Below, in pieces: positions 1-10,835 of a stretch of 64,000 nucleotides of DNA. Where the stretch lies: IMG/VR virus record IMGVR_UViG_3300025018_000121, positions 27,094-91,093 of that record. One strand, 5' to 3'. Both the position numbers and the translations under genes were made by a program. The first letter of the stretch is position 1, and each line of letters begins with the position of its first letter. A model generated the notes under the pieces. The model worked only from the letters and a program-made list of their open reading frames with translations. It was not told where the DNA came from and made no database searches. This DNA comes from a virus.

Positions 1-2
1 CT

Positions 3-1031
3 ACGGACTTACAAAAATTAAATACTAAAACTGTAGAATTATCCGACATGTATCAGCACTTAGAAAAACTAGATTCAATTCTTGCTTCTTTAAGTGCAGG
101 CAAGTATGAGTATCAAGTAAAACAAACACTGACCACCACTGCATTAATGAAAGAAGCAAATGCGGTGAGAAAGAAAACGCAGAGTGCTATTGATGCTGCC
201 GAGAAATTTCTTTCAGGTGTAGCCAAAAAGAATGCCCCTGAGATTTTTACAGACACTGTAGAAAAATGCGTTAACATTGTTTTAGATAAGTATTCCGATC
301 ACTACACAGACTTTACTGAGAATCTTTATTTAACAACTGTGGAGAGCACACCTCCCGGTGCAAAAAAGAAAAAATACGATCTTAAATTTGTGCATTATTT
401 AAACGTAGAATTAGAGAATGATGAAATTGCCGCTGAAGATGTATTTCTGGTTTACACCGGCATTGTTGACATGGATAGACAGACTCTTACCATGTATGTT
501 ACTTTTTATAATTCCTTCGTACCGCCCGATAAAGTAGAATTCGGAAGAAATCTTTTTTCTAATGCTAATGAAGCCGCAGCTAAATCTTTGGCTTTACTTG
601 CAACAAATGCTTTTGAAGCCGAACTCGAAACTGTGCCTTTACCGCAAACAAATAAAAAGCTTATTGATGCTCTTAAAAAACATCCTTGGATAGGAATGGT
701 GTCAAATATTAAAGTTTCAAATGAAAATATTTACGTTAAATATAAATCTGATGTTAAGCGCGTGGAAATTCCGCCTTTAGAAAAACAGATTGTTAGAGAC
801 GTGGCTGTTCTTTTATACTCGCTAGTTCCTGATAAACAAAAGCCAAAAGTAAAAGTAAAAACTTATTCTAGTGGAAGTCGCGGACACGTGTCTAAAATAT
901 ACTTAGGAATTCCTACAGATAAAGAAGGGCGCGAAGGTAGAATTGATGCACTACTGTTGCAAAAACTTCGTGAGCTTTTCCCATTTACCGACGATCAAGT
1001 AAGACAGATTGTACGGATGGTAAACTATTAA
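3..1031 (+). CDS. Hypothetical protein, probably 5'-truncated by the window edge
   Basis: Frame is open from position 3 into the track ORF 48..1031; no recognisable motif. Confidence 0.6.
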   Translation, partial: TDLQKLNTKTVELSDMYQHLEKLDSILASLSAGKYEYQVKQTLTTTALMKEANAVRKKTQSAIDAAEKFLSGVAKKNAPEIFTDTVEKCVNIVLDKYSDHYTDFTENLYLTTVESTPPGAKKKKYDLKFVHYLNVELENDEIAAEDVFLVYTGIVDMDRQTLTMYVTFYNSFVPPDKVEFGRNLFSNANEAAAKSLALLATNAFEAELETVPLPQTNKKLIDALKKHPWIGMVSNIKVSNENIYVKYKSDVKRVEIPPLEKQIVRDVAVLLYSLVPDKQKPKVKVKTYSSGSRGHVSKIYLGIPTDKEGREGRIDALLLQKLRELFPFTDDQVRQIVRMVNY

Positions 1032-1043
1032 GAGGTATCCGTC

Positions 1044-2222
1044 ATGACTGCCTTTACTAACGGCCTGACAAAAGTGGTAGTGGGCAATTCTGCTACCACA
1101 ACAATTCAGTTTATTGTTCCTAGTGAGTTTTTAAATTTGGCTTCGGGTTACGTAACTTATTTTTTAATTGATAGTGTTGGCGCTGTTTATTCGACAGGTC
1201 TTGGTGCTAACTACACCGTAACCCCTATAAGTGTTGGAAGTCGTGTAACTGCTGATCTTTCTATTACGGTTCCTGCAAATATTCCCGTTAATGAAATTGG
1301 TACAAATTATCAAGTAAAAGTTTTATTAACGCTTCCTGATGAAGACAATAGTGAATTTGCAATTTTTGATACGCTAGTTGTTTTGCCCAGTGCTTCTGTT
1401 GCGTTAGGTGCTGAAGACTCTGTAGAGCTTTACGGTTCCAACGTGTCTTTAAAACTAGTGGTAGAAGAAAGTTTAGCAACAGCTCCAACTTGCGATGTTT
1501 ATTTTGGTAACGTACCTTTGATAAATAGTATAGTATCAACTGGCCCTGTTGCACTCGCTGATGGTTACGAATATGCCGTAGGTTTTCTTGCACAGAATAA
1601 TGGAATTATGCCATCTTTGATTCCTTACAACACTGTTTGGAATTACGAAATTTCTGGAATAAATCAGTCTGAAAGCAGCAACCTTTACGTTATTACCCCG
1701 TCTATCATGCAAGCAATGAAAGACATTTATGTAATAATAAATAAATCCAGAGCAAAGTTTGGCTATCAAAGTGTATTTAACGAAACAGAAATTCTTTCTT
1801 ATTTAAGACAAGGCGCTGATTTATTTAACGGCATGTTTAATCCTACTGTTTTCACAATGACAAATGCTATAGGCCCTGTCCGTCATTTTTGGCTACAGTG
1901 CAGTGCAATTATAGCGCTACGCTCACAGTATTTGATGGAAGGCGAGTCTGCATTTAATTTCTCAGGGCAGTCTGTTTCGCTAGACATAGACCGTTCGCAA
2001 TATTATGAATCATTAGCTTCAACACTAGAAAGCAGTATGCAAGAACCCGCTAGACAATTAAAAGCTAACTTAGCTAAACGTGGTCAGATTTCTGGTGACG
2101 GCAGTGTTAACCCGCTTAATCTTGCAGTTAATGCTATAGGAACAATTGGAATTTCTGCGTCGCAGGTTTCCAATATGCGTAACGTAGGCTTGAATGCTTT
2201 ATTGCAAGGTTTACGTTTTTAA
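1044..2222 (+). CDS. Probable virion structural protein (neck/head-completion-like C-terminal part)
   Basis: 392 aa, GAGG RBS, beta-rich N-half, C-terminal FNFSGQSVSLDIDRS segment resembling phage neck proteins; function inferred. Confidence 0.45.
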   Translation: MTAFTNGLTKVVVGNSATTTIQFIVPSEFLNLASGYVTYFLIDSVGAVYSTGLGANYTVTPISVGSRVTADLSITVPANIPVNEIGTNYQVKVLLTLPDEDNSEFAIFDTLVVLPSASVALGAEDSVELYGSNVSLKLVVEESLATAPTCDVYFGNVPLINSIVSTGPVALADGYEYAVGFLAQNNGIMPSLIPYNTVWNYEISGINQSESSNLYVITPSIMQAMKDIYVIINKSRAKFGYQSVFNETEILSYLRQGADLFNGMFNPTVFTMTNAIGPVRHFWLQCSAIIALRSQYLMEGESAFNFSGQSVSLDIDRSQYYESLASTLESSMQEPARQLKANLAKRGQISGDGSVNPLNLAVNAIGTIGISASQVSNMRNVGLNALLQGLRF

Positions 2223-2309
2223 TTAAAGCCGGTAACGGCATTTCGCTTACCCTAGAGGTAAACAAGTAAAGCGCCTGAAAAGGTAAACTTAAACCAGTGG
2301 AGAAACAAA

Positions 2310-3128
2310 ATGTCTAAAGGCTTCGATCTTTCCCGAGTTATTGCGAACTATCAAAATCGCACCCAAGGTAAGTTTGACGTAGTTGCTACTTTGCATGATA
2401 GTGCACCTATTACTGCAAACCTGCACAAAGTTTTAATTACTTTGAGTTCACCTTCTAACGACCGTGCAAAGAACTATCAAGCAATTGCCAATCTTTTTAA
2501 AAATGAGGCTGCTGCTGTTGTAGGTTCTTTCCGTGTAGTTCCGTCTAGCCGCGAACACGTTCTGGTAGGTTTTATTACCAAGAATGTTGAAACCCGCGAA
2601 GTTACTACAGCTTCTTTGGATAAATTCAAAGTAATGGCCGGTAATCTTTTGATGGACACTGAAGACAGTTCGCTTTGGGAGCTGAAAATTGTTGAAGGTA
2701 ATAAATACCTGTCGCGTAAAACTGAAGAAACTCTTTCTGATCTTGTTCAGTTTGCCAGTATTAAACACCACAATCATTTGGCTAACGTTGGTAAAATTCA
2801 GCACCTTGTAATGGCTTCTGTTCAAGAAGGCGAATACGCAGTTTTCGCTTCGCACAATACTAACGAAGTACACGCTGGATACGTTATTTCTAGCGAAGGT
2901 GACAAGCTGGAAATTCTGTGTTCGCATGATGACACTGTAGAAGAAATTAGTTCTGAGCAATTAATTGAATCTACTTTTATCACTAAGAAGTTTGATGAAA
3001 TTGCTATGCCTGAAAATTCGCAAGGCAATAAAGAAGCTATGAAGGAATACTACAAGAAACTCTATTCGTATAGCCCAGAATACTATGAGAAAATGGCTGC
3101 TATTATTGATGGTAACGCTGCAATTTGA
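2310..3128 (+). CDS. Hypothetical, probably highly expressed virion protein
   Basis: GGAG RBS, strongly biased codons (CGT/GCT/GTT), followed by a terminator. Confidence 0.6.
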   Translation: MSKGFDLSRVIANYQNRTQGKFDVVATLHDSAPITANLHKVLITLSSPSNDRAKNYQAIANLFKNEAAAVVGSFRVVPSSREHVLVGFITKNVETREVTTASLDKFKVMAGNLLMDTEDSSLWELKIVEGNKYLSRKTEETLSDLVQFASIKHHNHLANVGKIQHLVMASVQEGEYAVFASHNTNEVHAGYVISSEGDKLEILCSHDDTVEEISSEQLIESTFITKKFDEIAMPENSQGNKEAMKEYYKKLYSYSPEYYEKMAAIIDGNAAI

Positions 3129-3148
3129 TTTAAATAAATATGTAAAGT

Positions 3149-3172
3149 AGGGGAGGGAAACCTCCCCTTTTT
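3149..3172 (+). terminator. Rho-independent terminator
   Basis: AGGGGAGG-GAAA-CCTCCCCT followed by a T run. Confidence 0.8.
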
Positions 3173-3201
3173 ACTATGGTTTACTTACCCGTGAGGTAAA
3201 A

Positions 3202-3924
3202 ATGGCCAAGTTTAAAAAAAGCGGAATGTCTTTTAATTCAGCCGCCCATGAAGAAAAACCTAAAAAGAAAAGAAATCCTGTTGTACTAGAGGCTTCCCCT
3301 GTTGAAAAGAAGAAAAAGAAAAAGAAGAAACCTAAATCAGAATCTAGAGAACTTGCTTTGGTAAGTGAGAAACCTAAAAAGTACGAAGTTGTTAAAAGAA
3401 AAAGGGGCCGCCCCAAAAAGATTCAAACCAAAATACAAAATGCTTCCGAGTTAGCTAATACATTCGGAGGCGATGCTAGAAAGATTCAAAAGCTTCTGCG
3501 TCTAAAAGATGATGACTCTGCTATATTAAAAACACAACGTTCTTTGCTTAATATGCTTATTGAAATGATTCCTATAGCAGAAAATACTTATAGGACATAC
3601 GGTACGCAAAGCGCTGCTTACGCAATGAATGCTTTAGTATCCCAAGTAAGGGAACTAATGCAGGACATTGTTTCCTCTCAGGACAGACAACTCGCCGCAG
3701 ATAATATAATCGCGACTATTATTAATCCAAACATGTTATCGTTTGCTCAATTTATTCTGGATAACAACCACCAATTAATTAAAGAAGTGACAGAGCTAGT
3801 ACCAGTTGAAAGAGCAAAAGACGTTCAGAATATTGTTAACAAGTCTTCTAGAAATGTTGGTATTTATATTCAGACCATGTTGGAAGACTTTAGAAACAGA
3901 ATTCAAAAGGAGCTTTCCGATTGA
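3202..3924 (+). CDS. Basic, AT-hook-containing DNA-binding protein
   Basis: Poly-Lys N-terminus, KRGRPKK AT-hook, helical C-domain. Confidence 0.5.
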   Translation: MAKFKKSGMSFNSAAHEEKPKKKRNPVVLEASPVEKKKKKKKKPKSESRELALVSEKPKKYEVVKRKRGRPKKIQTKIQNASELANTFGGDARKIQKLLRLKDDDSAILKTQRSLLNMLIEMIPIAENTYRTYGTQSAAYAMNALVSQVRELMQDIVSSQDRQLAADNIIATIINPNMLSFAQFILDNNHQLIKEVTELVPVERAKDVQNIVNKSSRNVGIYIQTMLEDFRNRIQKELSD

Positions 3925-4238
3925 AAAAACGTACATTCAGACAAACGAATAAGTTTGGTGTCGTTAAAATTCGCAGAATGTCCTATACAAGTAAGTGGTC
4001 AACAACTTCTAAAGACGTTAAGAAAAGAGATGGTAATAGGTGCGCTATTTGCGGTTCTACTGATGGTCTGGAAACCCATCACATCATTCCGCGTTCTAAA
4101 GGCGGAACCGATAGAAAGACTAATTTAATTACACTATGCGAAAGACACCATAACAAAAGACATAGACATAAACAAAGTTCGCCAAAGAGGAAAAAGAATG
4201 AAAAGGTTAAATCAAAACGAACAATCAAAGCTAGATAA
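3921..4238 (+). CDS. HNH endonuclease
   Basis: RDGNRCAICG...HHIIPRSKGG...NLITLCERHH, the Zn-binding HNH signature. Confidence 0.9.
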   Translation: MKKRTFRQTNKFGVVKIRRMSYTSKWSTTSKDVKKRDGNRCAICGSTDGLETHHIIPRSKGGTDRKTNLITLCERHHNKRHRHKQSSPKRKKNEKVKSKRTIKAR

Positions 4239-4770
4239 AATTCTAGCTAAAATTGATTTTGGAACAGAAGAAATTAATTTAGAAGACGTTGCTGAAGTTG
4301 CTACTGTAGCACGAATAAAAATCTCACCTAATAAAGTCTTAAAGCAAGAAGCCTTAACATTTGATATTTCTGACGAAAGTAAAGCGGAACAGGACTTTGA
4401 AGCAACTGCTACAGAAGTAATGATTCGTACTCAGTTAAAATCAACTCACGACAAATTAGAAGAACTGCGCGAAATTGCCAGAGGCTTTTTCTACAGAACT
4501 GAAGCAGAGACTGAAGCAGAAATTGCAGACCATGTTAACATTATTGAAAACATGAAGTTTCCAAATTATTTTAGTGAGTATGTTAAAACAAAATACAGTT
4601 ATGCTTTTTGGCGACGTGACCCCGATATAGCATTTAAATACAGGCTCGCTAAAGAACTGTTAGAAGCCATTAGAAAACGTTCACCTTCTTTTTCTAATGC
4701 TGTTCTTGAAGGTATTGTAGAAATGTCGCCAGAGACTTCCTACATTATGTCATCTTGGATTGATAATTAA
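4198..4770 (+). CDS. Hypothetical protein with MKRLN leader
   Basis: GAGG RBS, 190-aa ORF, CTAATTTAAT motif upstream at 4120. Confidence 0.6.
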   Translation: MKRLNQNEQSKLDKILAKIDFGTEEINLEDVAEVATVARIKISPNKVLKQEALTFDISDESKAEQDFEATATEVMIRTQLKSTHDKLEELREIARGFFYRTEAETEAEIADHVNIIENMKFPNYFSEYVKTKYSYAFWRRDPDIAFKYRLAKELLEAIRKRSPSFSNAVLEGIVEMSPETSYIMSSWIDN

Positions 4771-4781
4771 CGGAGTTGAAA

Positions 4782-7700
4782 ATGGATAGAATTAATCCCC
4801 TCAACAAAGAAGTTACTGCTTCTGTTGAAAACGAAAAAGTAAACCTGAAAAAGTTTGCCGAAACTGCGCGTGTACGTCCTAATTTCTCTCCGCAAATTCA
4901 GCCTATGTATAAACAGCCCGCTATCAAAAACGGGGTTGTAGACACAGATGATTTCGGTAATGAAAAGTATTTGTTTATTAACGGTACTTATTTTGATTTG
5001 TTGCGTTTGCCTACAAACTCTGCACGTAACATTTCTAACACTGAAATGAATAAGATGCGTAATGCTATCCGTTCTATTTCAGTACGAAACACTAAAAAGG
5101 AACAAGGCACAGGCCCCGGTAAAGGCCGCAAGGCTTCTGTACCTATTTCAAAGTACAGCACTCTTGCTCATTTTTCTGACCTTGCTTACCGTTTATTGGA
5201 AGCAGGTTTCACGGCTGCTGTCCCTGAAGACATTCGTGTGCGTTCACTGGAAACAGACACTTTAGCAGAGCAGTTAAAAGAAAAAGAAAAAGAAGTAGAC
5301 AGAAAAAGAGCTTCTACCAAAAGCGAGAAAGAAAAAGAACAGCGTGAGCGTAAGCTTATGCTCGAAGGACAGCCCCGCGATTTCTTCAAATACTTTCACG
5401 ATACTTTTACCGACGATTGGAATAAAAAACAGATTCCAATGTTTAGTCAAAAGGTACGTGTAAAAGGCGGCGGTGGCGCTTTTAAAGTCGCACTTCCTAT
5501 CGCGAGCCGTGATCTTTCTAATCTGACTGGCGAATTATTTAATAAATCCGCTCTTGCACGTAGCGAGTATTCCGTTCCTGTATTAAAAATTATCGACGCC
5601 TTGAAAGATATATTTAAGCTGAACCTTCGTAATAAAGGTTCTAGCTCTGTTTCTCTTTCATATAATGAATTTATTAATGCTATACCACAAGCGTACAGAA
5701 CGTCTATTCCTAATTTGGATAAAGCTATTTCTAAATACGTAGATGGTATTCGTATTGAAATAGGCCCTGTTAAACAAGATAAAAACTTTGAGAAACATGT
5801 TCGTGATCTTCAAAAAGATATTGAAACTTTTGAGTTAACGGATGATCTGGTAGATGGCGAAAGACTTGCAGGTTCTTATTTCTATAAAGAAGCTTTGAAT
5901 GCACTAGCTACCTCTTTTATGAGCCGTAGCTTTACTTTCTATTTAGAAACGACTCTGCCGGCTACAGAAGCTCAATTTTTTACACAGACTCCGAAAGATA
6001 AAGTACGTGCAGTAGACGTGCTTGAATTTTTCCGTTCTGTTTACGGCACGTACTGGCTGCCTGTTGTTGAATACTATTATCCAGTAGAAGAAATTGCTCA
6101 GAAAAACGTTGGTTTCCAGCCTAACCCCAAATCAAACGGAGACGGCCTTTGTATTAACAGCAATAACGAATTATTTTATATTCCCAACGTAAACAATATC
6201 GACCGCTTTACTGCACTAAGAAACACAGAACTGTTTGATGAAGCAACCGGCGAATATGTTTTTGAGAAATCAGATGCTGGTATTCCTCTTAATTTGAGAA
6301 ACTATCTGGTTTACACGGATTGGGTTAATAATAAACTGGTTTATACAAACCGTGACGGAAAAATTACTGTTCTTGATATAGAAAACATGAACAGAATTAG
6401 ACCTCACGCTGTTGTTAGCTTATTAGATTCTAATCCTTCTATTCTTGCTAGTGTAAGTAACCCTAACCTGCCTTCCCCATTAGTTACTTTCGGTAATGCT
6501 TGTGACGCTGCTTATAGCCAAGGCTTTACGAATATGCTTTTGGACAAGGCTCAGGCACTTTTGGCAGAAACTCAAAACGCACCCATTAATAGAAAAGTTG
6601 CAGAAGAACTTTTAGGTTCTTTACGCGACCGCGCCCCTATCAATGAATTTATTCAGGTTGCTTATAAAGCCGAAGCTTTCCGTCTTTATTCTTTAGAGGG
6701 TATGAGTGCAGATGAAGCTTATGCTAATGCGTTTAAAAACTCCAATGCGGACGATGATGGTTTAGTTCCTTTCCAAAGAAAAATTGCTTCTGTTGGTATC
6801 CGTGAGTTCATGGGTTCTACTTACGGAAAAATGTTGGCAGAAACTTTAGATTTCTTTGTTGATAAAATTCTTTCAAACTTACAGAACTTTATTCAAGCCT
6901 CTGGCCTCAATTCCATTCGTTTCGCATTAAGCTATTTAGGCTTGATTATCGCACTTAAAAATTACAAAGGTCGATACACAGACTTCAAAATGCTCGATCA
7001 AAAAGAGCGTGAAATTTATTTGAAGTATGACGTAAAAGACGGCGACCCTACTTATGTTGCTAAACTGCCTAACGTAGCCACTGCGAAAGACGGCGAAGGT
7101 CGTATGTTGAAAAACTTCCAGTGGCGAGCATTGTCGCTTCTAGATAAATCGCCTGAGTATTCTATTCTTGCTGTTGATGCAGGTGGTGGTAAAACTATTA
7201 GTATTATCGCTAACATTCTTCAAGAATTACAGAAAAAGAAAGTCACACGTCCTCTGGTAATTTGTCCGTCGCACCTTGTTAAAGACTATGTTGGTGAAAT
7301 AAACTATTTATGCACAGGTAAAGTAAACGCGGTTGTTATCACTAATGATACTATTAAGTCTTATACGAAAAACGGAATGCTTTCGTTGATTGAGAAAGCT
7401 CCTATCAATACTGTATTCATAACCTCTTATGATGCTTTTACTGTAGGCGCTGACTTTAATCTCTATTGCAACGAAGTATTAGAAGACTACAGACACTTGG
7501 ATTTCTTTAGACAAGCTGCCTTCGATGGTGTTTGGTTAGACGAATCTCATTATCTGAAAAATAAATCTACTCGTTTTTATGCTGTAAGTTACGCTATCGC
7601 AGAAATTCCGCTGAAGCGTCTTGCTACTGGTACTTTGGCACCTAACAGACTTAAAGATATTGTTAATCAGTTTGCTTTATTTGACCCGACTGTTTTCGGT

Positions 7701-10700
7701 TCCGTTAGCCAGTTTGAAAAATTGGTGGATGCAAGTCCGGGTGAAATTCCGCAAGTGATTATGGAAAAACTGAAAGGGCACTGTACGTTTATTAATATCA
7801 AACGTCGTGAATGGGCGGCTGAGTTGCCTACACGTATTCAGTCTTTTGACCCTGTAGTAACTATCCAGTCTGAAAAACAAAAATTACTCTACCGTGCTTT
7901 ATTGAATGACGCCGCTAAAGAAGCTTTGAATGATGATCTGTTAAAAAACGAAATGGATAAAACTCATAGCGAAGCCAGTGAAAACGATGAAGATAGTGAC
8001 GAACGTCCTGACGATATGTCACAAGATGAAGTTCAACACTTAGTTACTAAGCAGTTGGATAAACATCTTGCACATATTGAATTGTTTTTATCTGCGCCTA
8101 TGGCACATCCTATTGCAAGACTTAAAGTTGACGGTAAACCTTACCTGTCAGAACACTTAGATCAAATGTCGCCAAAAGTTCCTGTAGTTGAATATCACTA
8201 CAGGGATCACATGGATTTCATTCGTACAGGTGTAATTTGGGAGCGTGACGAAAATGGTAACTACGCAGTTGAAACTTATAAAGACCCTGTTAGTGGGAAA
8301 TATATTCCTATAGATAATGGCCACGGCGGTAAAGTTGCTGCACAAGGTTTTAGAAAAGAAGACGGCTCACCTGATATTTTAGGAGAATCACCAGAGCGTA
8401 AAAATAAAGTTCTTGTTTTCACAAACTGGAAAGAATCCGTAGAAGAAATTTTTAGATTTTTAGCACCTGACATTAAAGCACGTACTATGAAGTATTATGC
8501 TTCAGATAAAGTGCGTAAGTTTAATGAGTTTCGAGACAACGATCATTTTATGATGATGATTGGTATTGGTAAGTCTATGAACACAGGTCTTAACTTACAA
8601 TTCTGTTCACGTCTTATTCTTTTAGAAGCTGTATGGGCACCGGGCGACTTGGAACAATCTTTAGCACGTGTATTCCGTCCAGTTAAACTTGAAATTGACG
8701 CCAACGGAAATAGAAAACCTGATCCGCGTAAACGTGTATTTATTAATCATGTTATTGTGGATGAAACAATTGATATTTTCAAAACTGGTAATCTTATTTC
8801 CAAGTGGGTTCAAATTACTAAGACAATGAACGCAGATAATCCTTTGTATGATAAAATTCCAGAAGTTCCTGAAATTCGTTTGAGTCTTAAAAATCTTTTC
8901 GGTGGTACTGAAGGTGTTTTCGTTGAAGAATTGGAAAATCATAAAAACGCTTTCTTAACACTGCTTGCTGTAGAGCACGAAGACTTCAGAACATTTAAAT
9001 TAAATAATCCTGACAAACTTGAAGTTAAACCAATTGAAAATGCTCCTAACTTAGAAGGCTCTGCAATTCTTGATAAAGTTCCCTACGTTCCGGGCATGTC
9101 TATCTACAACGATTCAGATGACTTGGATTTAATTCCGTATAATGAGTGGAAACGTCAGTATATGTTAGAAAATGACGGCCACTTTAATCTTGAAGAAATT
9201 GTAGCTGCTGAACCTGTTTATATTCACTGTGAACTTGGCGACGGTTTTGCTATTAAAGAAGGTAGCCGCAAGACTAAAAAAGCTAAGAAAGCGGATTCTG
9301 ATTTGTTAGTTGAAGAGGATGAAGCAGAGGATGAAGCTTTTGATTCAGACTTTGATATAAATGTAACTGAAGACCAAATCCGTTCAGGCAATTTAGATTG
9401 GGAAAAGATTAAAGACAACGTTAGCAACATTGTTGACGACGACGATACTGAAGAAGACGTAAAAGACGATAAGAAGAAAAATGTAAGAGTACGCTTTTAC
9501 ATTGATGATAGTACACTGACTAAAGAAGAACTTAATATACTGAGAGATAGTGGAGAAGACGTTGATATCAAAGATATTACGTTCTCTATTTCAATGAATC
9601 CTGATAAACTGTTTGTTATTGCTAAAAATGTGTCGTCTAAACGTGTTCGTGACATTGTTATTGAACAGATTGAAGGCATTGATGACGTAACTAAAACTGG
9701 ACTTGCTTATCAACCCTACAAGAAAGCAACTGATCCTGCTTATCAAGAAACCAAATTAAAAGCTGCTATTGAAAAACTTAAAAAGAGAGTTAACCGTCAT
9801 ACTAAGAGACTGGAAGAAGAAGAAGCTGAACGCAAAAATAACTTGAAAGAAGCAACTCGGGAAGCTGACCAAGAAAAACGTGGTCGTGGCCGTCCGAGAA
9901 AAACACCAGTTGATGAAATTAAACCGGAAGACATTATGCCGGAGTCTACTGAGCGTGAGCATCTGACAGTTAACGTTTCTCAGGCTTTCGGATTCCTTGC
10001 ACTTACTGTGTCTGCTGAACACGACGCAAGTATGAAAAAACTTAATTCTTTAATTACACACTCTGAGTTTTTTGACATTGGCCCTTATTACGCTGTTCCT
10101 GTTTCTGCTTCAAAGTTCGATAAATTAGCTATAATGATAGACAATATCTCTCCATTGTTTAATAACGGTGTACCAATTCTTAAAGACTCTCCTATTATCA
10201 AAAACCCAGTTCATTACATTAAGAAAGGAAAATTTTACGTAAATAAACTTACTGGTAATAAAATTGACGCAGAAGCTTTTGAAGCTGGAGAATATGTAAA
10301 CAAGGCAGAAAAAAGACCTAAGTTTAATCTTGAAGATAATGTTTACGGTATGCTTGCCAATGTTGAAGAATCCTTTGACCTTTGGGTTAAGAGAAAGCAG
10401 TTAAAGTTTGCCCGTGGTAAGGTAAACGATGAAATTCAAATTCGTAGAAACTATAAAAAGAAATCCAAACCTGATGAATTGAGAATGTTCACTTTGTTTA
10501 AACGTGCCACTGCAAATAAATACGGTCTGTTCCTTTGTGTTCCGACTAAGACTAATGCGGGAGGCGCAGTATCATGGTTTAAACAGAAGGCAAAAGCAGA
10601 GGGTGCATCTCTTCCTGTAATTAAAGAGTCTGGTATGTACGTTGCTCTTTATCCTATGGGTAAAAAAGCGGACCTGACTGCCGATCTTAATTCACTGAAA

Positions 10701-10781
10701 GAAAACTTTAAAATCGACAACAAAGACGAAATTAAAGAAGACTTAGCTAGACTTAAAGTACCGGGTAGAAAACCCTCTTAA
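4782..10781 (+). CDS. Large SNF2-family (SF2) helicase/ATPase, possibly virion-associated
   Basis: Walker A VDAGGGKT, LVICPS, DESH, ATGT, TGLNLQ, QSLARVFR; C-terminal RGRPRK AT-hook; GGAG RBS favours ATG 4782. Confidence 0.85.
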   Translation: MDRINPLNKEVTASVENEKVNLKKFAETARVRPNFSPQIQPMYKQPAIKNGVVDTDDFGNEKYLFINGTYFDLLRLPTNSARNISNTEMNKMRNAIRSISVRNTKKEQGTGPGKGRKASVPISKYSTLAHFSDLAYRLLEAGFTAAVPEDIRVRSLETDTLAEQLKEKEKEVDRKRASTKSEKEKEQRERKLMLEGQPRDFFKYFHDTFTDDWNKKQIPMFSQKVRVKGGGGAFKVALPIASRDLSNLTGELFNKSALARSEYSVPVLKIIDALKDIFKLNLRNKGSSSVSLSYNEFINAIPQAYRTSIPNLDKAISKYVDGIRIEIGPVKQDKNFEKHVRDLQKDIETFELTDDLVDGERLAGSYFYKEALNALATSFMSRSFTFYLETTLPATEAQFFTQTPKDKVRAVDVLEFFRSVYGTYWLPVVEYYYPVEEIAQKNVGFQPNPKSNGDGLCINSNNELFYIPNVNNIDRFTALRNTELFDEATGEYVFEKSDAGIPLNLRNYLVYTDWVNNKLVYTNRDGKITVLDIENMNRIRPHAVVSLLDSNPSILASVSNPNLPSPLVTFGNACDAAYSQGFTNMLLDKAQALLAETQNAPINRKVAEELLGSLRDRAPINEFIQVAYKAEAFRLYSLEGMSADEAYANAFKNSNADDDGLVPFQRKIASVGIREFMGSTYGKMLAETLDFFVDKILSNLQNFIQASGLNSIRFALSYLGLIIALKNYKGRYTDFKMLDQKEREIYLKYDVKDGDPTYVAKLPNVATAKDGEGRMLKNFQWRALSLLDKSPEYSILAVDAGGGKTISIIANILQELQKKKVTRPLVICPSHLVKDYVGEINYLCTGKVNAVVITNDTIKSYTKNGMLSLIEKAPINTVFITSYDAFTVGADFNLYCNEVLEDYRHLDFFRQAAFDGVWLDESHYLKNKSTRFYAVSYAIAEIPLKRLATGTLAPNRLKDIVNQFALFDPTVFGSVSQFEKLVDASPGEIPQVIMEKLKGHCTFINIKRREWAAELPTRIQSFDPVVTIQSEKQKLLYRALLNDAAKEALNDDLLKNEMDKTHSEASENDEDSDERPDDMSQDEVQHLVTKQLDKHLAHIELFLSAPMAHPIARLKVDGKPYLSEHLDQMSPKVPVVEYHYRDHMDFIRTGVIWERDENGNYAVETYKDPVSGKYIPIDNGHGGKVAAQGFRKEDGSPDILGESPERKNKVLVFTNWKESVEEIFRFLAPDIKARTMKYYASDKVRKFNEFRDNDHFMMMIGIGKSMNTGLNLQFCSRLILLEAVWAPGDLEQSLARVFRPVKLEIDANGNRKPDPRKRVFINHVIVDETIDIFKTGNLISKWVQITKTMNADNPLYDKIPEVPEIRLSLKNLFGGTEGVFVEELENHKNAFLTLLAVEHEDFRTFKLNNPDKLEVKPIENAPNLEGSAILDKVPYVPGMSIYNDSDDLDLIPYNEWKRQYMLENDGHFNLEEIVAAEPVYIHCELGDGFAIKEGSRKTKKAKKADSDLLVEEDEAEDEAFDSDFDINVTEDQIRSGNLDWEKIKDNVSNIVDDDDTEEDVKDDKKKNVRVRFYIDDSTLTKEELNILRDSGEDVDIKDITFSISMNPDKLFVIAKNVSSKRVRDIVIEQIEGIDDVTKTGLAYQPYKKATDPAYQETKLKAAIEKLKKRVNRHTKRLEEEEAERKNNLKEATREADQEKRGRGRPRKTPVDEIKPEDIMPESTEREHLTVNVSQAFGFLALTVSAEHDASMKKLNSLITHSEFFDIGPYYAVPVSASKFDKLAIMIDNISPLFNNGVPILKDSPIIKNPVHYIKKGKFYVNKLTGNKIDAEAFEAGEYVNKAEKRPKFNLEDNVYGMLANVEESFDLWVKRKQLKFARGKVNDEIQIRRNYKKKSKPDELRMFTLFKRATANKYGLFLCVPTKTNAGGAVSWFKQKAKAEGASLPVIKESGMYVALYPMGKKADLTADLNSLKENFKIDNKDEIKEDLARLKVPGRKPS

Positions 10782-10835
10782 TCCACGAAAACCGGGCGGT
10801 TGAAATATACCGCCCAAACTAATTAGGAGATACAA

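Noticed and set aside
3921-4238. Third replacement-carrying HNH cassette
   Set aside because: Tightly overlapped with both neighbours and no duplicated gene end found; may be a resident nuclease
10794-10817. GGGCGGT/ACCGCCC hairpin as a terminator
   Set aside because: No T tract follows; more likely a stabilising or processing hairpin
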